A stretch of 63,126 nt of DNA, the filler included, from Intoshia linei (Eukaryota; Animalia; Orthonectida): assembly GCA_001642005.1 (NCBI GenBank). It is 6 parts of 6 records of this genome, joined end to end, with 100 filler letters (N's around TTAATTAATTAA, not from the genome) between each part and the next. Parts side by side here need not be neighbours in the genome. Positions count along the whole stretch, not along the records: positions 1 to 19,537 come from LWCA01000730.1; 5 more parts are not named here. The stretch is one strand, 5' to 3'. This document shows, one piece after another, positions 1 to 11,400 of this stretch. The notes under the pieces were generated by a model, which searched no databases, was not told where the DNA came from, and worked only from the letters and a program-made list of their open reading frames with translations. The translations under genes were made by a program, and so were the position numbers. Numbering within the stretch: the first letter of the stretch is position 1; each line of letters starts with the position of its first letter.

Positions 1-320
1 ATGATTTGTGATTTTGTTTGGTGGTGTTCAATAAAAAATAAATTTTAAATTTATGTATTTATTACTTTTTTTAATTGATACCTTCTTATATCTTAATTTT
101 TGAAATTTATGTCTATCACTTACATCCTTGATATTGAACAAGATTCGTTTAGGGGTAACTTGAAAAAGTTGATTTTACATGTAATGTAAGTAGTACATCC
201 AGAAACTTTTTATTTCATATTGTTTGTCGACGTTGCCTTAAAATTAGAGTTAATTAAATAATTAATGACAATTTTTTTATACATATGTAGACGTATATGT
301 CTATCTGTCAATTTTACCAT
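1..320 (-). CDS. 5' end of an unidentified spliced gene running off the window start
   Basis: ATG at 320; exons 320-293, 236-207 and 158-124 join in phase across GT-AG introns (last donor GTAAGT), giving MVKLTDRHIRNVDKQYEIKITPKRILFNIKD. No family recognised. Confidence 0.45.
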
Positions 321-730
321 TTCTAATATACAATATTAATTGTAAATAGACCTCATGGTAGAGTGTACCTCTTTAAAAAAAAACTTTGACCCATAATTAA
401 ATCCAAAGTCGATCTTAAAATTAATAATTTTTTTTTAAAATTAGATGTAGACTAGTTTACTTAAATATAACAAAAGTTTCGGTCAGTTTGTCGAAATTTT
501 GTTGGAAAGTGTAAGTTAGGATTATTAAATTTATTTTTATTTCATAGATGGTCGAAAAGAAAATCAATCACAACAATACTAATTGATATAAGTTTATCAA
601 AAAATAATTTAGCTATGCTTAACCCCAATGTACATTGTACAACTAAGTAGAGTTAACAGTTGGATGATGAGCCGAAAATGAATAAATGATAAAATTTACT
701 AACTCTCAAAACAAATTAGCTAGGTTACAA

Positions 731-3700
731 TTAAGCAGTCATTTTTTTAATGAGAGCATTAGTGAAATCAGTTCTGGTAGCATATCCACCCATATCCTGC
801 GTTTTAACCTAAAATTGAATATAAACGGATAAAATAAAATAAAAATACTTTCCGCTCACGAATCAGATCAAGTAGATTGGTGTATATAATTTTAGCTTCT
901 TCTGTGAATCCCATATCATGCAACATTTTTGAAGCGCACAAGATGATAGCAGTAGGATTTGTAACGTTTCTTCCGGCATCAGACATTAAAGAATTTCTGG
1001 CACCAGGTTCATATACCTTACATATTTCTCCATGACTTTCTCCAGGTACAACACTAGGCCCACCAACTAATCCAGCAGCCAAATTGTCAAGAATATTTCC
1101 ATATAAATTTGGCATAACCATTACATCAAATTGATGAGGATTAGAAACCATTTGCATGCAAGTATTGTCAATAATCATAGATTCAAATTTAACTTCAGGG
1201 TAATTCAATGACATTTTTTCACAACAGTCGAGAAATAATCCGTCTGATAACTTCATTATATTTGCTTTGTGAACTACAGTTACTTTTTCTCGTTTATGGT
1301 TCTTTGCATAATCGAAAGCAAATTTGGCTATTCGATTTGATCGTTCCTTGGTTATTATTTTCAAACATTCTACTATACCAGGTGCAACCTTAAATAAAAT
1401 TTTCACGTTTTAATAGAATTTATTACTTCATGCTCCAAGCAACTGTATTCTCCTAAATTAAATTAATTAATTTATTAAATTTGTTTTAAAAAAGAAAAAT
1501 TATTACAGGTTGCCCAAAACGGCAGACATGAAACGGGAAGTGAAACAACCAAGAGAAATGCAAATATCGAAAAAATCAAACCTGCAGTGCCTGTTAAAAC
1601 CAAGATGAAAGATAAAAAGACGAAAATCGATAAAACTAATAGAATCAAATATAAACTATTGGACGACCCTGAAGAAGTAGGCGACTTCTGGTTCAAGGTT
1701 CTAAAAATACGTTCCAATAAGCTAAGAAATAAAACTCACGACGAAGCATGTAAAGCAAACGATATACCGACCAATTCTTCGCAAATCTAAAAAATATTTT
1801 GAACTGGTTTATCGAAAGTATAACTTGACCCTTTCACACAAACCATGCAAGTTTTTAACGAGTGGTAGAGTATTAATGACAAAAGACCACAATAAGGTGA
1901 AGGAAAACTATTGTTGTGATGTCATACATTTTAAGTATGAAAATCAGGCTACGCACATCACCGAATGTTTCTCAAGTGTTTGTCTGCATTTTTTCAACGA
2001 AAAAATCAACGACTTGGTTGATAAATTACCTAAATCATTTTACTGTGCCACTAATCGCATCAGCTCACAGTTGAACCGAGATATGAACTCGAAAACAAAG
2101 ACAAAATACAATTGAGGGACTTTTTTGACATAATTTTGCTATAATTCATTATAAACTTAATTCTCACAAATTGGTAAAATAAAAATAATGATGCACCTTC
2201 TAACTGTTCTCTTATAATGACAAGATCTAAATTTTGATGTTTTGAATTGAATCCTTCCAAAGATTTCACACGCACAATGTTGGCAAAAAGGTCCAATATT
2301 TTTCTACAAAAAATTAAGTTTTAATATTTAAAAATATTTATTTTGGTCAAATTAAATTTTTTTCTCATTTTTTTAAATCGATTTGATCTGACATGAAAAT
2401 TAGTTATTTTAGTTAAATTAAAACTTCAAATTTAATTTCAATTTAGAAATTTTAGCATTTTATTATACATCTAATCATCTATTTTTTGAAAATTATACAT
2501 TTTTTTTGAAAATTAAATAAAATTATATGATTTATATTGTTATATTTTCTCTATTTGGGCAAATTCATTATTATGAAAATTTCAAAATCATTATCTCAAA
2601 TCCTGACATTTTTCAACGAGACAGAATACCGTATATGAAAAACAGATAAATTTTTTACAAAATACAAAATGTATAAAACAAAGAAATAAATTATGAAAGT
2701 TCATTTTGTTTTTATTTGTAATTTTTATGGCTTTGTTGTTTTTTCTAAGTTGCTAAATTGTGTACCTCGTAATTTTTTTCGAAATATCAAGAATTACGAC
2801 GAGTCGAAAAATTAGTGTATTCATTTTATTTCAAATACAGTATTCTCTCTATAATTTGCCATTCTTGGGATCTAGAAAAAGTTGGCAAGATAAAGAATTT
2901 AAAACTATAGAAACAGCAGATAAAACCTTTAATTTTATTTTTTCTGGAATTTATTCTATTTATGACAATTTTTAAAATTAAACTGTTTTTACTTTATTTT
3001 TAAATGTTAAACAAAAAATTAAGATATAATAATTCACTAATATATAATATAGTAAAAAGTAATGTGATATGATAGTTCTACCTGGAACAAATTTGGGAAC
3101 TACTCCTTTAAAGGATTGATAATAGTGAATAGTAGGATTTTTAAGTTAGATTTTCTGTAAATTTATTTTTTGGTAGTATAAAAATGTTCCCTCGGTAGAA
3201 CTAGGCTACGGGGATTGATAATAGTGAATAGTAGAATTTTTAAGTTAGATTTTCAACGTGAATTTTTTGATATAATAAAAATTGCCTTCAGCAGAGCTAG
3301 GTGCTGTTTGTACGTAGTACATTACAGTCAACATAGTATTTCTATATTATAGTAATAATTATTTGGTCAAATACAGAATTGACGAGTTGTGGACAGAAAA
3401 CTGTATTTTAAAGTTAATTAATTTAATTAGGATCAGTTTTAATCACAAAAATTCAAATCATAAAAAATTGCAGTCTTAGATATTAGAGTCAAAGTACTCG
3501 TCGACCTATAGCCATAATAGAGTGCACAACTGCACCGCACATTACCTAGTACTATCTTTAAAATTGATTAAAAAATTATCCACTGTTAAAGGGAAAATAG
3601 AAATTTATTAGTTTACACTAAGAAGTTATATCTTTGAACCGATTTACAGTATATTGTTAAATCTGAACTGTAAACACACTTTCAACTACTAAAAATTACC

Positions 3701-4075
3701 TCAAACGCATATTAAGTGTTGCACTGAAACCATGCTCCGAGTTAATTGGACTTGAAATTATTCCTTTTAAACAAAATTTGTTTCTATTGCAAGTTTCAAA
3801 AATATCTTCCAATGGTTCACTTTGTCCGAATTGAACCTCACTAACAAAATGTTCTTCAAAAGTTACAGGTACACTGATTGATTTAAATACATCCTTTACA
3901 CTTAACATCAATTCTGGTCCGACACCGTCTCCCGGTATCATTGTTACAATCTTTGTTGCTGTAGACATCTAGACGTGTTAAATATACAAGCATACTCAAC
4001 AAATAATTTTACACTCTGTTGATTCAAATGCCTATAAAATCCACTTCTCTTGAGTTTCGATAATAATTTCAACAT
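731..4075 (-). CDS. IDH3B: NAD-dependent isocitrate dehydrogenase beta (non-catalytic) subunit, mitochondrial; 6 exons
   Basis: Exons 4075-4013 (basic presequence [16 protein letters not shown]), 3968-3700, 2303-2197, 1452-1427, 1388-849 and 808-731, all GT-AG and in phase. Motifs [56 protein letters not shown] and DMGGYAT. NLYGNI.DN and the C-terminus match the beta subunit. Confidence 0.92.
2920..3336 (+). mobile_element. Helitron-like non-autonomous element, 3' portion, in IDH3B intron 2
   Basis: Ends GCTGTTTGTACGTAGTACATTACAGTCAACATAG|T; matches the reverse complement of 62370-62760; contains an internal duplication of about 100 nt. Confidence 0.7.
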
Positions 4076-4774
4076 GACTCAATTACTTTATACCGTTACC
4101 AATTAATGTGATTAGATACAACGCAACTTTACTCATAAATCAATACATTTTTATTTATTTCCATACTTTTGATTCAAATTTAAGAATAATTACATTTTAA
4201 ATGTATTTTTTTTTATTATATACGTTAATCATATATGTCATTTCATAACGTCATAATAACTTTAAACTATTCATTAATCAGAATATGAATTGTTTGCATT
4301 TTTCCAAGGCTTGAATTAATTTTGTTTATTTGTTTATTTGTTTGTGTATATAATTAATATGTAAAATCACTAAGTAGCTGATTTCATTAACAGTGTACGA
4401 CACCTTATATCAGGGATGGGCAATATACGGCACGCGAGTTGTTTAGATCAGTCCCGTAATCATTTTTGTTATAAAAATTTATTTTATTTTTCACACGATT
4501 ATAATCGTTAGTATTATTATTAATATACCATGATTATTACATATACATGTATAATATACATTGTATATTTATATACTTATTTAACGCTTTGACCATTCTA
4601 TCAGGTTTTCTGCTTGAAATATTTTTGAAAATAGCAATAAGCAAATTTCAATTGAGCAATAATAAGCAATAAAAATAATAATAAATAGAAATAAACAAAT
4701 TTCACCCAAATTTGAAACTGAAACTTTTTAACGTCTATACTTTTAAATTATAAGTTTGATTTTATTATTATTTT

Positions 4775-5828
4775 TAGTCCAATCATACAAATTGTCATAA
4801 ATAGCATAAATTCCAGAAAAAATGAAATTATAAAATCTTATTTTGGCATTTTCAATGTGACAATATATATTCACTACCAATTATGTATCAATAATTAACG
4901 GAATATGCACTTTATAAACATAATTAAGGTGAATTTTATCAATATTGCAAAAGATTGTAATAAATATAAAAATAATAATAACAAAGTTGTATTACTTTTA
5001 GTTTCATTGTTGTAGTTTCTATTTAAATTTTCAACATAATGTTTTGGAAATAAGAATTTGAAATATAAAAATTGCGAAGGAATGAATTATATAGATTTTC
5101 ATCTATATTTCTTTATGGGAAATGTGTACACTATAGACATTCAATGTACATTTTTTTGAAATTGTACCATCAATATTTACATTTTCAATTTTTATTTTAA
5201 TCGAAATATTTGAAAAAGATTGGTTTATATTATATTAAAAATTATATTTCACCGTAAATGCGTAGATTTCTGGGACTGAAATTTTGTATTTATATCAACT
5301 GGAATAAGCTCTACCAGAATAATCTTTTTTTTTTTAAATTTCGGATTGTTAATAATTTCACATTTTTTGTTTTACAAACATTTGTTTTGTGTTAATAAAA
5401 TATTTCCAAAAAAAGTATATGAATACTAAAATGCTTTGATTGTATTTTTTGTGTATTAACAGGATACAACTCTACCACCTGTAAATTTTTTTAAATTTTA
5501 GGGCTGTTTTCATTAAAAAAAAATTAATTTGTGGTTTTGGCCCTGAAGATATATTATTTTTTAAATTTAAATATATGATAATATTTATGATTTTAAAATC
5601 CGCATCAGAGTGTATATTTTTTTAAACTCTCGAACTCATATGATTTTCAAGAAAAGGACAATTGGGCTTTTTGACCCACAAGATGTGAGTTTTGGAGGTT
5701 GAAATTTATTTTGCTAACACCCCGGAAAATCTGTAATTGAAATGTTGACTTTATAAAATTCTAAGAATGGTAGTTATTGAAATAAACGGTAACACACAAA
5801 CAAATGTTGCAAAGCATATTATATAAGT
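4775..5828 (-). mobile_element. Helitron-like family copy, 5' and middle portion
   Basis: Shares long blocks (tgcgtagatttctggg...tatatcaactggaataagctct; aaataaacggtaacacac) with the copies at 12925, 29262, 52601, 58142 and 62700. Confidence 0.75.
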
Positions 5829-6803
5829 AAATTAGAATCTTCATTTGAGGTAGGAAAAATTAGTCTAGTATTAGTATTACAAACATTATGTTGGCATTGA
5901 AATTCTGCAAAATTGTGTCGATGAGTTGCAATATCACGTTTAAAGTTATTAAATTAATATTTATTTGAACTTGATTATTTGAGTTTGATGTACATTTTTT
6001 AATAAATCTTACGCAATATAATAATTAAATTTAACATATATTTTGTTTTTGAAGTGACATTCTGATGAAATCCACACAAATACTGAGAGTATTTATTATC
6101 GGAAAATTATCCAAATATAAGACTGTGATGTTTTATAGAAAACTTGCTTTGGAATAACCTACCTCAGGTAGTTAATGTATAATCTATATTTTCTCACATA
6201 AAGATGATAAAATCCAAATACAGATGGACCATGATAGATTACCATTTACTGGCCTACCTGAAGCTTGCAACAACCTGTTACAGTCTTGACTCTGAGAAAC
6301 TGGTTAAATTGAACCAGCGCCAGGTGTCTCACTAAGGTAGAAAATAAATGTATTTCTATTAAAAATATCATATTTTAAATATGTAATAAAAAATTTAATT
6401 TTCAAATATGAAATGAACGGTAGAAATGTTATACTTACTTCAACTGGAATAAGCTGTATCAAAATCTTTCTTTTTTTCACTTGTAGAACCATTAATTATT
6501 TCAAAATAAAAAAAATGAATACTAAATTGCTTTTTTGACTGTGAAGGCATCACTTTGTCAGATTCAAATTTTTGTGTGTATTAACTGGATATAACTATCA
6601 TTTCATATGATTCATCTGCAATTTTTTTTAAATTCTTGGTTTTCATTTTTTAAAAAAAGGGTAATCTGGTATTTTTATCGTCAAAATTTACTTTTTTGAG
6701 GTTTCCATTAATGATAACACTTATGATTTTAAAAACTACCCCAGAATCTATGTTGTATAAAATTCTAGGTATATTTTCATTTTTAAAAAAAGGGTAATCT
6801 GGG

Positions 6804-7051
6804 CAGGGTCGTTGAGAGGGGCTAGGAGCCATATGGCCTGGGCATACAATCTTTCGGGTCTACTTTTTAATTTATTAATGGGTAATGTTGGAAAATTTCT
6901 TAATTATACCAAAATTATCGTACTGTAATAAAATGTTCGATTAACAGTTCAATTATATATTTTTCCATAATGAACCATCGATTAAGAAAAGTATACAAGT
7001 TCCATTTCTTAACATTTTTTATAGGACCTACGGCGCGCTCTCATTACCCTG
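6804..7051. mobile_element. Small MITE with imperfect CAGGGT termini, inserted in a degenerate Helitron copy
   Basis: Left end CAGGGTCGTTGAGAG; right end reverse-complements to CAGGGTAATGAGAG; flanks ATCTGG(G)/ATCTGG(A). Related ends occur near 52013 and 43006. Confidence 0.55.
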
Positions 7052-7890
7052 ATCTGGATTTTGATTAAAATATACTTTTTTGGATTGTGATGTATGATAA
7101 TATTTACCATGTTAAAAAGAATAAAGTTTTATGAAATTCTAGGACTTTTTTCATATTTAAAAAATGGGTAATTTGTGCATTTGACCATGACGATGTACGT
7201 TTCTGAGGCTGCGATATATAAAAATGTTAAGGACTTAAAAAAGAGTCCAGAGTATGTTTTTAAAATAATAGTGTTAATTATATTTTTTAAAAAAGAAAAC
7301 ATGGATGTATGACCATGAAGGACACAACTTCAGAAAATGAAATGTGCAATACTCATCTACCACGAAAAACTCTATTAGAAATTTAATTACAAGTTCACGG
7401 CAGATCTAGCTACTGCTGGTAGAAAATATAGAAGATAAGCTATTACAGTATTCAACTGGTGTTCCCAGAAATTTTATAGAAGATTAGAGTACATTTTTAT
7501 TGTTCATTAAATGGATGAAAAAGTTTAAAGCATAATTAAGATAATAAAAATTAATTTCTTTAGCATGTATTATCAACATTAATTAGATTTAATCAATAAA
7601 GTGCTTAAATGTAGCACACAATAAAATGTATAATTTTGTTTCAAATGAAAAATAAACCAAGCGTTGCAAACGTTAAAATATTACATTATTTAAAGTCACG
7701 TAAACGCCACAATGAACAATGAATTTAATTTCTGCAACAAACAAACATTTCAATAATAAATTCAATACAACCATTATATTAACATACCGGTAAAATGATA
7801 AATATTTACGTTATCAACAGAACCGTTGGAAAATTTTAGAGTTGATTAATTATAATTTTACAGAATAAAATAATTATACAATAAACTATA

Positions 7891-8310
7891 ATGGACACAT
7901 GCACCATTTCGATACTTGTGGCGGTTTTTGTATCAATTGTAACAACAATATTTGCAGTAATCACCATACTCGTATTGGTGATGATTCTGTATGGCTATCA
8001 CATTAAAAAAAGTAATATTTTATAATATTTAAACATAACGACAAGGCACCAAAAATAATATATTTTAATTCAATTAAATATTTAGAGGTCAACCGAAATA
8101 CTCACGGTGAAAGTTTATCTGAGAGGGTAAGTTCAAGGGCAAACAATCAACCACAAAAAGGTAAAAACTGAAATGACCATATTCATTTGTATTAGGATAT
8201 GAAGGTTACGTAGAATTTGTTCCACCACAAGGATGGAATGAGGTAATGCAAAATCTTTAACTTTTAAAATATTGATTATATTAAATTAGAAATATGCTAT
8301 GGAATATTAG
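7891..8310 (+). CDS. 87-aa single-pass membrane protein, 4 exons, family unknown
   Basis: Exons 7891-8011, 8086-8160, 8196-8242 and 8290-8310 splice in phase (264 nt): MDTCT-ISILVAVFVSIVTTIFAVITILVLVMILYGY-HIKKKVNRNTHGESLSERVSSRANNQPQKGYEGYVEFVPPQGWNEKYAMEY*. Confidence 0.7.
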
Positions 8311-8434
8311 ATTACTCCTGAAAGAATTCAAAAATCAATGTAAATCAAATGTGTATATTTGAAAAATGTGTATTTACAATAAAATTTTCAAATTTACATA
8401 AATTATTGAAGCACATGTATTTGTTTATTATACG

Positions 8435-11400
8435 TCACTTCAAGTGCAATATAAATAGTCCAGGAAAGATTACATTATCTTCGTTCATCAAATGCATTAC
8501 AATTGGTTCCTTGTTTTTTAAGCCAAGATTTAAAATTTTGCTTGCACTTGGAATTACGCATAAAATATTTTTAGCGCTTCTAAATCATACTATATACCGA
8601 TTATATTATAAATTACATTAGATTACACATTACAAATTAGTTAATATGAGTTAAAAAAAATTGACATTTTATTAATTATTAAATTTCCGAGATTGGGAAA
8701 CTTTCATATAGAACCTTTAAAAAATTTATTTCAGTGCTTGAATTTAAATTATCTTGGTTTCACCATTAAACTTAAGTCCTAGAATTTTATAAAACATAAA
8801 TTCAGGGATAGTTTTTGAAATAATAATTTACCATGCTTTTTTAAATTCAGGTCTGGCTAATTTATTTTTGGTTGTAAAGATTGATTTTTTGATAATTAAA
8901 CCGAAAAATATAAATAAGCCTCAAAAACAATTTCTTACATGAAATTTGCATTTGAGGTTAAAATTGAAATTATCAAATTGAAAATATAAATTAATTTTAA
9001 CAATGTCGAATATAATATATTTTTAAGTGAAGGTCTACCTAATCTTCAATAAAGCCACAGTTTCTCTACCCTGCGGTAGAACCTTTATATAATGTGACTT
9101 GTTACAACATACAAAATAAAATTACATTTAACTTGTATAACAAAATATTTCTACACCGCAACGGGGCGCTAAGCGAAAAACGTTAATAATCACTTCTTTA
9201 AAGGATTACAACTCAATATATTGTGGAACAAATGGAAGGCCATTGTATATCAATAAAGTTACAAATCAATTACATAAAGAGAGTTCGAACTTTTAGAGTG
9301 TGGAATAAAACCGACATTCCAGATTTAAAATTTTCCCCAATTATATCCATCATTTTCCCGCTAATTAAATGTTTTATCTAAAAAATATACATTAAATATA
9401 GTAAACAATACAATCCTACATGGACAGACATCGTCTTGTTCGTATGGGATTGTCCTTTTTTACAAAGGAGCCACTGACTATCCACCTAAATCAATGATTT
9501 CTGACCTTTTAAAAAAAATATCATTATAAACTATTTAAAATTTTAGCACCTCTCATTATTATGATGAACTATTTTATGTGAAACTAGCTTGTATGCTATG
9601 TACTTCGTACAAAAAGTAGCTAGCTCTTTCAATGATGTAAATTTCCAGATACATATTTTACACATTATTATTATTAATAAATAATTTACAATTCATTCAA
9701 ATACATGTATATAAATTATAAGATCCTAAAATCTGTATCTGCCTGTGTAACGCGTTATTTAGAAAACTAGCAGTCCCACAAATTTACAAAAGTTAAATTC
9801 AAAGTCAATTTTTTCTAGCGGAGAAAATAAGCAAAATTTAAATCTCAGAAATTGCCATCTTCACTGTCAAAAACACAAATTACCCATTATTTTGAAATAT
9901 TATAAAATTACATATAGCAGTGGTTACCGATTCAAATAGTATACAAAAAATATTAATTTGACCCAAAAGACACATGAAATATAAAACATTTATAAAAAAA
10001 TTAAAGGTTATTTTTCATAAAATTTGTAAAATTGTGTTTTTCAAAAAAATATTGGAAAAAAAGCATTTTTTATTTTGACATATCATTAAATGGATTTTTC
10101 CCAAAAATATCGGTAAAAGTCGATTTTTCGCTGAGTGTTTAAAATGTTATTTTTTATTAAATTTTATTAATAATGGGATAAAAGTGAGATTTTTAAAATA
10201 ATAATGTAGCGGTCGTTTAAGGCTTAAAGATAAATTCCCATCATCTGGCAACTATGTAATAAATATTAAAAATTCACCTATATAAATTAACAAAAGTTGA
10301 TAAATTTTTTTTATATTTCCCTGGGTTAACTGTTATTTACTACGTACAAATAGCACCTAACACTACCGAGGGGACATTTTTATTCTACCAAAAAAATAAA
10401 TTCAATAAAAAAACCTATAACACAATGCGTAGATTTCTGGAGTTGAAGTTTTGTATTTGTATCAACTGGAATAAGCTGCATCAGAATAATATTTTTTTAA
10501 TAGTAGAACCGTGAATAATTTCAAATTTTTTGCTTTACAGATTTTGTTAATAAAATAGTTTCAAAATAAAAAATGAATACTAAATTTCTTTTTTTACGTT
10601 GAAGGCACAGACTCAAGTTCTGAAACTGAAAACAATACTGAGAAAACTGTATTAGAAATTGGATTTTTTAAATTCTACGACTGTTAATTTTTTAAATAAA
10701 CGGTAACACACACAGACATTCAATTTTATAGAAGTAGAGGGTTTAAATCTCACGAACTTCAGGTAGCGTGCTTATTTACATTATCGGTGATCGTATCATC
10801 AGCAATCATTTCATAAGTAATCATTTTATCAAAATATTGAATATTGAATACCCATGAGGATAACGGTTATCAACATTTATATGGGCAACCCGTCGTTTTA
10901 TACAATGTTAAATTAATTTTTTGATTAATAAAATTATAAAATTGTATATATTTACATGTTGATATGTTAATAATGTGTGAAAATATATAATTGGAAAGGT
11001 CCACCGGCAGGATTAGCTACTGTTTGTACCTAGTGCATAAAAGTCAAGCCAGTTAGGAATGTAATAATATTTTTAGAATAACCTTAAAATTGTAAATCAT
11101 AGGAAAAACCAATTCAGTTTTAAACTCTCGCGGATTTTTTGCATACGTTTCGCTTAAAGAAAACATTTCGTGTTTGACGGACGTAATTGTCCAAATGCAA
11201 CTATCGTCCAAACCAGTCTGTGCCCCCATTGCGATCGTTTTCTAAATAATAAGAATTATAATCAATTAACACTATGCGTGTGGTAACATTTGAAATTTGT
11301 TAGAATTTCTATATTTTACAACTACTGCATACGAAGTATATAATACGCATACAGTATTTAAGAAACAAAATTTTCCTGCAATAGTAAAAACCAAAAATGA

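Noticed and set aside
1475-1717. 80-aa hydrophobic minus-strand ORF resembling a membrane protein
   Set aside because: It is the antisense shadow of the Lys/purine-rich + strand frame and has a non-ATG start.
6304-6832. Short ORFs 6304-6492 and 6650-6832 (also 39216-39449 and 62243-62458)
   Set aside because: They overlap Helitron-family repeats and show no protein motifs.
8349-8621. 90-aa + strand ORF
   Set aside because: Antisense to the last CSL exon.
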